From: Bacteroidales bacterium
GTDB taxonomy: Bacteria > Bacteroidota > Bacteroidia > Bacteroidales > UBA1715
Reading direction: 5' to 3'
DNA length: 64,000 nt
Assembly: GCA_045615765.1 (NCBI GenBank)
Contig: JAZLFM010000010.1
Coordinates: 99,428-163,427 of the forward strand
Position 1 is the stretch's first letter. Each line of letters begins with the position of its first letter. The position numbers were made by a program, and so were the translations under genes. Of the stretch, positions 1 through 9,607 are shown piece by piece. The notes beneath the pieces were generated by a model, which saw only the letters and a program-made list of their open reading frames with translations, ran no database searches and was not told the origin of the DNA.

Positions 1-633
1 GCACGAATACTCAGTTCCCGTAATATATTCAGCACCAGTTTCCAATGCAAAGCGCACCTTTTGTTCAACCATTGCCGAAGAAATATCCTTTTGCTTGATA
101 GAAAAAGTACCACCAAATCCGCAACAAGTCGTACTTTCTTCCATTTCTACGATTTCCAACCCTTTCACATTCGAAAGCAATGTACGTGGTTCTGTTACCA
201 TACCATATTCTCGTAAAGCCGAGCACGAATCATGAACAGTCACTTTTGCATTAAAAGTTGCCCCTAAATCAGTTACTTTCACAACATTTACAAGAAAATC
301 ACAGATGTCATAAATTCTATTCGAAAGAGATTCTGCTTGTTGTTTTTCTGCCGCATCGTCGAACAACGAAGCATAGCGGCGTTTTATAAAACCAGTACAA
401 GATCCACCTGGACTTACTATCATTCTATCGCCTTCGAAATCCTTTAGAAATTTACGGGCAAGTTCTTGTGTTTCTTTTGTATAGCCACTATTGAACTGTG
501 GTTGACCGCAACAAGTTTGTTTCGGATTGTAGTTAGTCTCACAACCAACACGATTCAATATTTTTATAAGATTTTCCCCTGTTTCAGGAGTCAACTGATC
601 AACAAAACAAGGTATAAACAAATCAACTTTCAT
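1..633 (-). CDS. lutA: LutA-like (Fe-S)-binding oxidoreductase subunit with CCG domains; the C-terminal part runs off the window
   Basis: Absent from the ORF track because it is open at the window edge. Reading the reverse strand from the ATG (cat at 631-633) gives MKVDLFIPCFVDQLTPETGENLIKILNRVGCETNYNPKQTCCGQPQFNSGY...VHDSCSALRE...STTCCGFGGTFS. In my reading no stop occurs down to position 1. The two CxxCCG-type cysteine motifs match LutA / glycolate-oxidase Fe-S subunits. Confidence 0.8.
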   Translation of the reverse strand, partial: MKVDLFIPCFVDQLTPETGENLIKILNRVGCETNYNPKQTCCGQPQFNSGYTKETQELARKFLKDFEGDRMIVSPGGSCTGFIKRRYASLFDDAAEKQQAESLSNRIYDICDFLVNVVKVTDLGATFNAKVTVHDSCSALREYGMVTEPRTLLSNVKGLEIVEMEESTTCCGFGGTFSIKQKDISSAMVEQKVRFALETGAEYITGTEYSC

Positions 634-650
634 ACTAAAACTTTATAACA

Positions 651-658
651 CAAAAGTA
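651..658 (-). promoter_or_regulatory. Bacteroidota sigma-A -7 box (TACTTTTG on the minus strand) for the lutA-like gene
   Basis: The plus strand reads caaaagta, the reverse complement of TAnnTTTG. It lies 18 nt upstream of the ATG at 633. Confidence 0.45.
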
Positions 659-689
659 ATATTTATCATTAACATTATAAACTTTTAAC

Positions 690-2027
690 CTAATCTCTTT
701 TAAAAATATCGCGCGTATAAACCTTATCTTTCACATCATCAAGGCAGCTATCGTATCGATTCGCAATAATTGCCTGACATTGTTCTTTAAACTTCGCCAA
801 ATCGTTTACTACCACACTACCAAAGAATGTACTGCCATCCTCCAAAGTTGGCTCATAAATTACTACTTGTGCGCCTTTTGCCTTTATACGCTTCATTACT
901 CCCTGTATAGAACTTTGACGGAAATTGTCGCTGTTGCTCTTCATCGTAAGACGGAACACACCGATAGTCACCGACTTTTCTTGCGATTTATCGAAGCCAT
1001 TGGCATTGCTATAACCATAGTAACCTGCTTTTGCAAGCACTTGGTCGGCAATGAAATCTTTACGAGTACGGTTACTTTCTACTATAGCCGACATCATATT
1101 TTGAGGGACATCTTGATAGTTTGCAAGCAACTGTTTAGTATCTTTAGGAAGACAGTAGCCGCCATAACCAAACGAAGGATTATTATAATGAACGCCAATT
1201 CGAGGATCCAAGCCAACACCTTGAATAATTGCTTGAGAATCAAGACCTTTTACTTCGGCGTATGTATCCAATTCATTAAAATAACTGACACGCAAAGCAA
1301 GGTACGTATTTGCGAACAATTTTACCGCTTCGGCTTCGGTCATACCCATAAAAAGCGTATCAATAGATTCTTTTATTGCACCTTCTTGCAATAACTCGGC
1401 AAACGTATGTGCTGCCTGTTCCAAATTGTCACCAATAATCTTTCGCACCAAAGCTTCCTCATCGCCAAACTGCTCTGAATCTTTCGGATAACCGACAATT
1501 ATTCGGCTTGGGTACAAGTTGTCGTACAACGCCTTACTTTCGCGAAGAAATTCCGGAGAAAACAACAAATTCAGTTTGCGGTCATTCCAACCATTTGCAA
1601 TAAACTTAGTTGCATACTTTTTATACAGAGAACGGCAATAGCCAACAGGTATAGTACTTTTTATGATCATTATTGCCTGTGGATTTACCTCCAGCACCAA
1701 ATCAATCACCTCTTCCACATGGCTTGTGTCGAAATAATTTTTTACCGGATCATAATTCGTTGGAGCTGCAATGACTACAAAATCAGCATTTTTGTATGCT
1801 TCCGCGCCATCTAATGTGGCAGTTAGACGCAATTCTTTTTCGGCTAAGAATTTTTCAATATACTCATCTTGTATTGGCGATTTCTTGTTATTTATCATTG
1901 CCACCTTTTCAGGAACAACATCGACTGCCGTAACCATATGTTTTTGAGCTAAAAGTGTAGCAATACTTAAACCTACATAACCCGTTCCTGCAACTGCAAT
2001 ATGTAAATCTGCAAAACTTTTATTCAT
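690..2027 (-). CDS. ugd: UDP-glucose 6-dehydrogenase (nucleotide-sugar dehydrogenase family)
   Basis: 445-aa ORF. It has an N-terminal Rossmann motif ([10 protein letters not shown]) and the catalytic-Cys motif [10 protein letters not shown] typical of the UDP-glucose/GDP-mannose dehydrogenase family. Confidence 0.9.
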   Translation of the reverse strand: MNKSFADLHIAVAGTGYVGLSIATLLAQKHMVTAVDVVPEKVAMINNKKSPIQDEYIEKFLAEKELRLTATLDGAEAYKNADFVVIAAPTNYDPVKNYFDTSHVEEVIDLVLEVNPQAIMIIKSTIPVGYCRSLYKKYATKFIANGWNDRKLNLLFSPEFLRESKALYDNLYPSRIIVGYPKDSEQFGDEEALVRKIIGDNLEQAAHTFAELLQEGAIKESIDTLFMGMTEAEAVKLFANTYLALRVSYFNELDTYAEVKGLDSQAIIQGVGLDPRIGVHYNNPSFGYGGYCLPKDTKQLLANYQDVPQNMMSAIVESNRTRKDFIADQVLAKAGYYGYSNANGFDKSQEKSVTIGVFRLTMKSNSDNFRQSSIQGVMKRIKAKGAQVVIYEPTLEDGSTFFGSVVVNDLAKFKEQCQAIIANRYDSCLDDVKDKVYTRDIFKRD

Positions 2028-2139
2028 AGTATTTCTTCCCTATTCACTAAAGATGGCATAAAATTACAGTTTTTATAAATGTGTTCCACCATTTTGTCAA
2101 AAAATAAGTAACTTGCACTCGTTTTAAATACGATTCGAG

Positions 2140-2874
2140 ATGAAAAAACACATTCCTAATACACTCACAATCTGCAATTTGCTTTGTGGTGTATTTTCTG
2201 TAGTAATTTCAACGACCCAATTCAAATCGCTAGAACTTGCCGTTGCATTGATTTTTTTGGGAGCTGTTTTCGATTTTTTTGATGGTTTTTCAGCACGATT
2301 ACTAAAAGTTGCATCTCCTATCGGAAAAGAACTAGACTCACTTGCCGACCTCATCACATTCGGTTTTGCACCTGCAGCCATAACATCAAGTATCATCTTC
2401 GATTTTATATATGGAGGCCAACTAACCGACTATGAAACAATCAGCACTTGTGCGCTTGTTCTTACATTTTTCCCATACATCATAGTAGCATTTTCGGCAC
2501 TTCGTTTGGCAAAATTCAATCTAGACACGCGCCAAGCACATTCATTCATTGGATTGCCTACTCCTGCAAATGCAATTTTTTTTGCAAGTTTTGCATTTCT
2601 ACCAAGCATCGACTGGGAAATCTTTCCTGTTGTGCTTGATGTTCTTTGTCTTATTTTCTCTTTATTACTTGTGTCCGAAATTCCTATGTTCTCGCTCAAA
2701 TTCCAAAACTATTCGTGGGCAGACAATAAAATTCGTTTTTCGTTCTTGATTTGCGCAATTATTTTATTGGCTATATTTCAATTACAGGCACTTACATTCA
2801 TTATGCTGTTGTACATCGTTCTATCAATTGCCGACGATGTGGTGAATAAAAAAACAGCTAACAATTTGGAATAA
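2140..2874 (+). CDS. pssA: CDP-diacylglycerol--serine O-phosphatidyltransferase (CDP-alcohol phosphatidyltransferase family)
   Basis: 244-aa polytopic membrane ORF. It carries the CDP-alcohol phosphatidyltransferase motif DFFDGFSARLLKVASPIGKELDSLADLI (DGxxARx8Gx3Dx3D). Confidence 0.85.
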   Translation: MKKHIPNTLTICNLLCGVFSVVISTTQFKSLELAVALIFLGAVFDFFDGFSARLLKVASPIGKELDSLADLITFGFAPAAITSSIIFDFIYGGQLTDYETISTCALVLTFFPYIIVAFSALRLAKFNLDTRQAHSFIGLPTPANAIFFASFAFLPSIDWEIFPVVLDVLCLIFSLLLVSEIPMFSLKFQNYSWADNKIRFSFLICAIILLAIFQLQALTFIMLLYIVLSIADDVVNKKTANNLE

Positions 2875-2888
2875 TAATGATATTCCGA

Positions 2889-2992
2889 TGGCGAATGTGT
2901 ATTGGGCGAATGCAATACAACCATTGGGCGTATGCGATAAAATAATATCGGGCGAATGCGATACAATAAAATTGGGCGTATGCGATACGCCC
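2889..2992. repeat. Tandem array of about 5 copies of a 22-24-nt unit GGGCG(A/T)ATGC(A/G)ATAC; the last copy is a perfect hairpin
   Basis: Copies start at 2889 (degenerate), 2904, 2926, 2950 and 2974. The array lies in the intergenic gap directly after the pssA stop (2872-2874). The minus-strand ORFs 2778..3005 and 2824..3033 merely translate the repeat (YRIRPILLYRIRPILFYRIRP). Confidence 0.85.
2974..2992 (+). terminator. GC-rich hairpin GGGCGTAT-GCG-ATACGCCC (8-bp stem), possibly a terminator or RNA-stability element after pssA
   Basis: Perfect inverted repeat seen directly in the sequence. No clean T-run follows it (cctacaataatc), so a canonical intrinsic terminator is not certain. Confidence 0.35.
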
Positions 2993-3010
2993 CTACAATA
3001 ATCAATAATT

Positions 3011-3035
3011 ATTAACCATTTAATATTAACCATTT
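3011..3035. repeat. Direct repeat ATTAACCATTT x2 (3011-3021 and 3025-3035) upstream of the adhesin gene
   Basis: Exact 11-nt direct repeat with 14-nt periodicity. It sits about 40-60 nt upstream of the ATG at 3074. Confidence 0.6.
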
Positions 3036-3073
3036 TATTGTAACTTTACCCAAATTTATTTGTCTATTTGATA

Positions 3074-6000
3074 ATGAAACGATTTGGGCTGATAACAATA
3101 TTTCTTTTTGCACTCTTAAGCACATTTGCTCAGGAATCGGCTATCGTTTTCACTGAAAATCAGAGACAATGGCCTTCGAATGTATTGTTTCGAAGCCAAC
3201 TACACAAAGGGAATGTTTTTCTAGAAAGAAATTGTTTTACCTACTATTTTTTCGACAGCGAAAATTCCCAACATCGACATGGTGCATACGACGTTTCAGA
3301 AGATGAATTAAAACAAAGTTTAGAGAAATTTGAAAAAACAGGCGAACAACCGAAGCGAATCCAACAACATAAACCTGACTCACTACGTGCACACGCATAT
3401 AAAGTTTCGTTCGTGAATATGAATCCACGGACAAAAATCTATGGAGTTTCTCAAACGCCATATACCGAAAATTATCTCATCGGAAACAATCCCAAAAACT
3501 GGGCTACTGGAGTGCGTAGTTTTTCGAAGGTCATCTATGAGAACATTTATAAGAATACTTTATTACAAGTATATGGCAACGATAAAGATCTTAAATATGA
3601 TTTCGTGATACGACCAGGTGGCGATCCACAAAAAATACAACTACGATATTCCGATGTGCCTTCTATGACAGTACGAAGCGACGGCGTGTTACAAATAAAA
3701 ACATCGGTAAACGAAGTCTATGAACAAAAACCATACGCTTACCAAATCATACAAGGAGATACAGTTACGATACCTTGCTCTTATCATTTGGAACACTTTG
3801 TAGTTAGTTATGATTTGGGAAAATACAACCCGGAATATACTTTATACATTGACCCCGATTTGATTTTTTCAACTTACACAGGTTCGACATCAGACAACTG
3901 GGGATTTACCGCGACATACGATTCCGAGAACAACGCATATTTAGGAGGCATTGTCGAGGGATTTGGGTATCCTATCAATATGGGAGCTATTCAGACAGAA
4001 TATGCTGGTGGCAACTGGGACATTGGTATCATAAAACTCGACGCTACAGGAACGAAACGACTCTACGCAACATATTTAGGAGGATCTAGTTGCGAGATGC
4101 CACACAGTTTTATTGTAAACAGTAAAAATGAACTGCTCATTTTGGGAACGACCGGTTCTGCCGATTTCCCTACCGCTAATGCATATCAGAAGACATTCGC
4201 CGGAGGAGACTACACGTTGTACGACAACACCATTTTATTTGAGAATGGTGTGGACATCTTCGTAAGCCGACTTTCACCTGACGGAACCACCCTATTATCA
4301 TCTACATTTTTAGGCGGAAGCAAAAATGATGGTATCAACTTTAGTTGGGAAACCGATCTTGAATATGGACACGATTCGCTATATTACAACTATGGCGACG
4401 GCGCTCGTGGAGAAATAATGATTGACGACGACGATAACGTCTATATTGCATCAACAACATTTTCTGACGATTTCCCTATAGTAAATGGATTTCAGAGTAC
4501 TTTTGGAGGAATGCAAGATGGCGTTGTCTGCAAATTCGACCCGGAAATTACAGCACTTCAATGGAGTTCATACATTGGAGGAGACAGCAAAGACGCTTCA
4601 TATTCCATCGACATTGACCACGACAATAGTGCCTATGTGACTGGCGGTACTTGTTCTTCAACCTTAAATATGCCCGCTGGTGGATACCAACCCAATAGAA
4701 TTGGAGGAACAGTCGATGCATATATTCTTAAAATAAACCGTAACTCTGGTGAATTAGAAGCAGGAACGTATTTTGGTTCAACAGAATACGACCAGGCTCA
4801 TTTTGTACGCGTAAATTCAAACAATAAAGTTTTTATTTTCGGGCAAACCACTGCAAAAGGCAACACCCTCATTTACAATGCAAAATACAATAATCCAAAC
4901 AGTGGACAATTCCTCGCTTCATTTTCAAACGATCTACAGACACTGAATTGGTCCACAGTATTTGGTTCAGGACTAGGAAGACCAAACATTTCTCCTACAG
5001 CATTCGAAGTTGACATTTGTAACCGTATTTACTTAGCTGGCGTGGGACGTGATTGGAACGATCAACCTGGTTGGTATTTCTATGGGAATACAGGCTATCG
5101 TCTGTACGACTATGGATGGGAAGCTATACAAGGTACGAAAGGCATGGAAGTTACCGACGATGCCTATCAAAAAGAGACCGACGGTAAAGATTTCTACATT
5201 ATGGTTACCGACGACGAAGCTAACAATCTGGACTATGCAACATTCTTTGGCGAACTTGCCGATGCGTATGTGCTATACAATCCTTTCAACGGGCAATACC
5301 TTTACAATGGATGTACCTCAAGTGGCCGAGACCATGTAGATGGTGGAACAAGTCGTTTTGATGCGAATGGTTATGTATATCAAAGTGTCTGTGCAAGTTG
5401 CGGAGGATGCAACGGATTTCCAATTTATCCAAAACCAGGCGCATGGTCAACAAAAAATAATGCAAGCAACTGTAACAGCGCTATTCTTCGTTTTGTTATT
5501 GACTTTGGACTAATAAAAGCAAATTTCGACTTGCCAGAAGTTGGTTGCGCAAGCAAAGAACTTACATTCAAAAACACCTCCGAAGTGCATTACAACAATC
5601 CAAAACTCACCTATTTATGGGATTTTGGAGATGGGACGACCTCAACCGAGGAATCACCATCGCACACATATTCTGCGAACGGGAAATACACAATCACTCT
5701 TTGGGTAAAGGACTCAACCTCGTGCAACCAAAGCGATTCGGTAACAAAGGTACTTTCTATTGTTACCAAAACAAACTACGAGATACTGGATACCAAGAAT
5801 ATCTGTCTTGGCGATAGCGTAGCCATTGGTATTCCTAACGAATATGACGAATCACTTGAATATTCTTGGTCGCCTACTGATTGGATTACCGACCCATCAA
5901 AACCATCGTCATATACAAAACCAAACGACACAACCACCTACCAGCTTTCTGTTACATCAGGCTGGTGCCAAACAATTTACGAGCAAACGGTCAACACATT

Positions 6001-7525
6001 CAACCAAGATTACTTTGTAAAAAACATTACAGTCGAAAAAAACGGAATATCACAGAAGCCCTATATCTGCAAAGGAGAAAAAGTAACGATTACTGCCGAA
6101 ACAAATGCACCGTCGCAGCGTTTTCTATGGGCAACAGACAAGAATTTCAGGAATATTGTCAATCCTGATTTTTCGCTCGACTACATTGAATTTACCCCAA
6201 CAGAAACCACGACTCTCTATGTAAAAACACTTAGCACCTATTGTGAATTCGAAGCTATAGATTCTATTACTTTGTATGTTTTCTATAATAAAATAGCAGT
6301 AAGAGGCGACACACTTATTTGTAATGGCGACATTACCCCTATTTTCGTAGAAAATCTTACTCCAAAGAATCCTCTTACTTACTTATGGTCTCCAAAAAAC
6401 AAAATTTACGACGGATACAATACTGCCACACCACTTGTCAACCCTGACAAGAAAACAGATTTTATAGTTTATGCTACAGATTCTGTTGGCTGCACCTATA
6501 CCGACACAGTCCATATTGATGTAGATGAATTACTAATACAAGTCGAGAACTTCCAACCAATTAGTTGTCACGGAGAGACCGATGCGCAATTCGAAATTGT
6601 TCCTATGGGATATCCACCGTATCAAGTTACTTGGGACGATAATACTACATTGCTTGGCAAATACAACATCGGACCTGGTTCATACACTGTATTTGTTACA
6701 GATAGTTTAGGTTGCACAAAGAAAAACACAATAGAAATAAACGAGCCTAAAAAACTACAAATTGATTCAAGCACATACACACACGAAACTTGTAAAGGAG
6801 CTTGCAATGGAACCATCTCACTTTCGGTATCAGGTGGAACAGAACCATATTCATATTTATGGAGCAACGAAGACAAAAACGCTAAACAACAACGACTTTG
6901 TCCAGGAGAATATAATGTAACAGTTACCGATGCGCATGGTTGTACAACATCTCTTGCGAAATCAATACAAATTGTTTTAGAAGAAAAAATACCTGATGTT
7001 GACGCATACGCCGAATCAAACATAATTTTCATAGGACAAGAAACAAAAATACACGCAACAAAAAATCCCGAAGAAAACATCACCTATCTTTGGACTCCTA
7101 ACATTTGGTTAGACGACAATACTAAAGCTATTGCCACCGTAACGCCAGATGTACCTTTAGAACTCACATTTAAAGTCATTGCCATAGATGCATACGGTTG
7201 CCAAAATTCTGACACCGTACAATTACAATCAACGGAATGGATTTGCGACAAACCATTTATCTTTGTTCCAACTGCGTTCACTCCAAACAACGACGGAAAG
7301 AACGATGTTATTTCTGTAAACAGCCGAGTAATTACCGACCTAACCTTTGCAATTTACGACCGCTGGGGAGAACTCGTATTCGAAACCAACGATACGAATA
7401 CAACCTGGGACGGCACTTATCACGGCAAGTTATTACAACCACAGGTTTTGGTATATCATTTAAAGGCAACTTGCCTAAATGGTGAGAAATTCGAAGAAAA
7501 AGGAAACATTACGCTTATACGATAA
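3074..7525 (+). CDS. Large T9SS type-B cargo / adhesin-like protein with SBBP beta-propeller repeats, a PKD domain, SprB repeats and a gliding-motility-associated C-terminal (type B) sorting domain
   Basis: - The track ORF starts at TTG 3068; the ATG at 3074 gives MKRFGLITIFLFALLSTFAQ, a signal peptide.
- SBBP-like segments are present (DNVYIASTTFSDDFPIVNGFQ).
- PKD motif: WDFGDGTTSTEESPSHTYSANGKYTITL.
- SprB-type repeats: CHGETDAQFEI...GYPPYQVTW and CKGACNGTISLSVSGGTEPYSYLW.
- The C-terminus (FVPTAFTPNNDGKNDV...DRWGELVFE...WDGTY) matches the type-B sorting domain. Confidence 0.85.
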   Translation: MKRFGLITIFLFALLSTFAQESAIVFTENQRQWPSNVLFRSQLHKGNVFLERNCFTYYFFDSENSQHRHGAYDVSEDELKQSLEKFEKTGEQPKRIQQHKPDSLRAHAYKVSFVNMNPRTKIYGVSQTPYTENYLIGNNPKNWATGVRSFSKVIYENIYKNTLLQVYGNDKDLKYDFVIRPGGDPQKIQLRYSDVPSMTVRSDGVLQIKTSVNEVYEQKPYAYQIIQGDTVTIPCSYHLEHFVVSYDLGKYNPEYTLYIDPDLIFSTYTGSTSDNWGFTATYDSENNAYLGGIVEGFGYPINMGAIQTEYAGGNWDIGIIKLDATGTKRLYATYLGGSSCEMPHSFIVNSKNELLILGTTGSADFPTANAYQKTFAGGDYTLYDNTILFENGVDIFVSRLSPDGTTLLSSTFLGGSKNDGINFSWETDLEYGHDSLYYNYGDGARGEIMIDDDDNVYIASTTFSDDFPIVNGFQSTFGGMQDGVVCKFDPEITALQWSSYIGGDSKDASYSIDIDHDNSAYVTGGTCSSTLNMPAGGYQPNRIGGTVDAYILKINRNSGELEAGTYFGSTEYDQAHFVRVNSNNKVFIFGQTTAKGNTLIYNAKYNNPNSGQFLASFSNDLQTLNWSTVFGSGLGRPNISPTAFEVDICNRIYLAGVGRDWNDQPGWYFYGNTGYRLYDYGWEAIQGTKGMEVTDDAYQKETDGKDFYIMVTDDEANNLDYATFFGELADAYVLYNPFNGQYLYNGCTSSGRDHVDGGTSRFDANGYVYQSVCASCGGCNGFPIYPKPGAWSTKNNASNCNSAILRFVIDFGLIKANFDLPEVGCASKELTFKNTSEVHYNNPKLTYLWDFGDGTTSTEESPSHTYSANGKYTITLWVKDSTSCNQSDSVTKVLSIVTKTNYEILDTKNICLGDSVAIGIPNEYDESLEYSWSPTDWITDPSKPSSYTKPNDTTTYQLSVTSGWCQTIYEQTVNTFNQDYFVKNITVEKNGISQKPYICKGEKVTITAETNAPSQRFLWATDKNFRNIVNPDFSLDYIEFTPTETTTLYVKTLSTYCEFEAIDSITLYVFYNKIAVRGDTLICNGDITPIFVENLTPKNPLTYLWSPKNKIYDGYNTATPLVNPDKKTDFIVYATDSVGCTYTDTVHIDVDELLIQVENFQPISCHGETDAQFEIVPMGYPPYQVTWDDNTTLLGKYNIGPGSYTVFVTDSLGCTKKNTIEINEPKKLQIDSSTYTHETCKGACNGTISLSVSGGTEPYSYLWSNEDKNAKQQRLCPGEYNVTVTDAHGCTTSLAKSIQIVLEEKIPDVDAYAESNIIFIGQETKIHATKNPEENITYLWTPNIWLDDNTKAIATVTPDVPLELTFKVIAIDAYGCQNSDTVQLQSTEWICDKPFIFVPTAFTPNNDGKNDVISVNSRVITDLTFAIYDRWGELVFETNDTNTTWDGTYHGKLLQPQVLVYHLKATCLNGEKFEEKGNITLIR

Positions 7526-8541
7526 TGTTTAAGAAATTGCTGACATATTTGTTCCTTTTTTTTCTTGTGCAAAACATTGAAGCACAAGACATTCACTTCT
7601 CGAACTTTTACTCAAACACTTTAAATTTAAATCCTGCCGAATCAGGTTATTTTGCAGGAAGACACAGATTTTGCCTTGCCTACAGAGACCAATATCGCAC
7701 AGTTGCAAGACCATACAAGACCTTAGCAGCAAGTTATGACCGAAAAATCACCAAGCGAACAATGAATAGTATGTTCGGCATTGGACTACTACTCGACGCA
7801 GATATTGCCGGAGATGCGAACTACACTACTGTACAATTTGGCATTCCGTGCGCACACCATATTCCGTTAGCAGGAAAAACTATTATTCTATCCTACGGAA
7901 TTATGCCGGCATTGCATCATTCTGCTATCGATTACAGTAATCTTACTTTTGGCGAACAATTCAATGGGATTCAATTTATTCCAGATATGGAAATCAACGA
8001 AGATGTTGATATGAATTCCGTACTTTATTTTAATCTAAATGCGGGAACACAAGTAACGTATAAGCCATCAAAAACACAAACATACAGTATTGGTGTTGCA
8101 TGGAATAATATTAATAAACCGACCATGTCGTTCTTTAAAGACGACGACGCACAATTACGCCAACGCATACTACTACACACATCGGCAATAATTTCCATAA
8201 CATCAACTTTTGACATTGTACCTGGAGCAAAAATCCAATTTCAAGGTAAACAACACGAATACCAATTTGGCGCAATGGGAATATACTATTTCCCCAATGC
8301 AACCATATCGCAAGGACAAACAGGAATATGGTTCCGTTCAAAAAATAAAGATGCTATAATATTTGCACTTGGCGCACAATATAATGGATTCGACATTATG
8401 CTCAACTACGACCTTAACATATCGAAACTTCGTACGGCCAGCAATTTCCACGGAGCATTCGAAATCACCCTTTCCTACATTGTAGAAAACAAAAATCGAA
8501 GCAAACGAATGACAGCAATTCGCTGTCCGCATACATTGTAA
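7525..8541 (+). CDS. PorP/SprF family type IX secretion system membrane protein
   Basis: 338 aa with a signal peptide. The N-terminal QDIHFSNFYSNTLNLNPAESGYF is characteristic of PorP/SprF. The ATG overlaps the upstream stop (TAATG at 7523-7527). Pairing directly downstream of a type-B cargo gene is the classic arrangement. Confidence 0.85.
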   Translation: MFKKLLTYLFLFFLVQNIEAQDIHFSNFYSNTLNLNPAESGYFAGRHRFCLAYRDQYRTVARPYKTLAASYDRKITKRTMNSMFGIGLLLDADIAGDANYTTVQFGIPCAHHIPLAGKTIILSYGIMPALHHSAIDYSNLTFGEQFNGIQFIPDMEINEDVDMNSVLYFNLNAGTQVTYKPSKTQTYSIGVAWNNINKPTMSFFKDDDAQLRQRILLHTSAIISITSTFDIVPGAKIQFQGKQHEYQFGAMGIYYFPNATISQGQTGIWFRSKNKDAIIFALGAQYNGFDIMLNYDLNISKLRTASNFHGAFEITLSYIVENKNRSKRMTAIRCPHTL

Positions 8542-8589
8542 CATGTAGATTTTTATCGCGTAACTGCAAGTAGAACAATTCTAAATTTA

Positions 8590-8597
8590 TATCTTTG
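8590..8597 (+). promoter_or_regulatory. -7 box TATCTTTG, an internal promoter for the BNR lipoprotein / CotH genes
   Basis: Exact TAnnTTTG match 20 nt upstream of the ATG at 8618. The track's GTG start (8597) sits inside the motif. Confidence 0.45.
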
Positions 8598-8617
8598 TGA
8601 ATGTAAATAATACGACT

Positions 8618-9607
8618 ATGAAAAAATTACTTTCTACTATATTACTTATTGGCTTAACATCCTTAGTATTTGTTGGTTGCAAGAAACTTGACCGTCTTTA
8701 TTTTACTCCAGTAACCACAATAGACAAAATGGAAATCATTGATATGACACCGGTTACGGATAGCGTTTTTCTTGTTCTTTGTAAAGACAAAGATGACAAA
8801 CGTGAAATCCACCGTTGTACTTGGGGGAAAAATCAAAAAGTAACATCGAAAAAGATGGGAAAAACACTAAGTCTTAAATTCAACACTATAGAATTTAAAG
8901 ACGGAAAGACTTGGATTGGTGGCGACACATTGGCTATTCGTATGAGCGAAGACACCGGAGCAACTTGGGTTCGTTGGAGATCGAAATCGTTCGACGATTG
9001 GAAAGAAAACTGGAAAAGTGACATCTCAAATTTAACCAATATGTACATCAAAAATGACGAGCCATACTTTGCCATAGGTACAGATGACCTTTTCAAAGGA
9101 AACTTTTATTGGTTTAGTTCAGAATGGAACAGTTGGAAAAGTGGACAGAAACAATTTGGTCTAAACGATATGGTGGTATGCGACGATAGTCTTGTGTACA
9201 TTGCAGGCTATGGTTCTATCTGTTTTGCCAATCAATTGGGAGAAAACCAAACATTAGAGAATGTAGGCGGCGAAAACTTTACAAGCATTTGTTCGAATGG
9301 TAAATATATCTATGCCTGCACATATTCCGGGAAAATTTTCCGTACAGAAATACAAGAAAACAAATGGGAAAAAGTTCATTCAAAAGGCGACCATCTATTG
9401 TTTATTGAATCCGACAATGCTGGAAATGTTGTTGCCGTAGGCGAAAGCAAAAAAATCCTTGTTTCTAACGACAACGGCGAAAATTGGAGAGTAGAAAGTT
9501 ACTCGGAAGGAAACAGAATTTCTTGTATGGAAATGCTTAATAATGAATTTTATATAGGAACAGAAAAAGGAGTTATTATAAAACTTAACAACGCAAACCT
9601 TCAATAA
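8618..9607 (+). CDS. Lipoprotein with BNR/Asp-box repeats (Ycf48-like / sialidase-fold beta-propeller)
   Basis: The ATG at 8618 gives MKKLLSTILLIGLTSLVFVGCKK, a lipobox with Cys. Two Asp-boxes are present: SEDTGATW and SNDNGENW. Function unknown. Confidence 0.65.
   Translation: MKKLLSTILLIGLTSLVFVGCKKLDRLYFTPVTTIDKMEIIDMTPVTDSVFLVLCKDKDDKREIHRCTWGKNQKVTSKKMGKTLSLKFNTIEFKDGKTWIGGDTLAIRMSEDTGATWVRWRSKSFDDWKENWKSDISNLTNMYIKNDEPYFAIGTDDLFKGNFYWFSSEWNSWKSGQKQFGLNDMVVCDDSLVYIAGYGSICFANQLGENQTLENVGGENFTSICSNGKYIYACTYSGKIFRTEIQENKWEKVHSKGDHLLFIESDNAGNVVAVGESKKILVSNDNGENWRVESYSEGNRISCMEMLNNEFYIGTEKGVIIKLNNANLQ

Noticed and set aside
780-1394. A 204-aa plus-strand ORF overlapping ugd.
   Set aside because: It lies entirely antisense inside a well-supported dehydrogenase gene. 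Its composition is low-complexity and Cys/Ile/Phe-rich, with no motif. I treat it as a shadow ORF.
2889-2992. Possible CRISPR array.
   Set aside because: The units are only 22-24 nt and directly abut one another, with no unique spacers. No cas genes are present anywhere in the window.
2778-3033. Two minus-strand ORFs (75 and 69 aa) with repetitive peptides such as YRIRPILLYRIRPILFYRIRP and SHTPNFIVSHSPDIILSHTPN.
   Set aside because: They are simply translations of the tandem GGGCGWATGCRATAC DNA repeat, and their 3' portions overlap the end of pssA. Nothing beyond an open frame supports coding.
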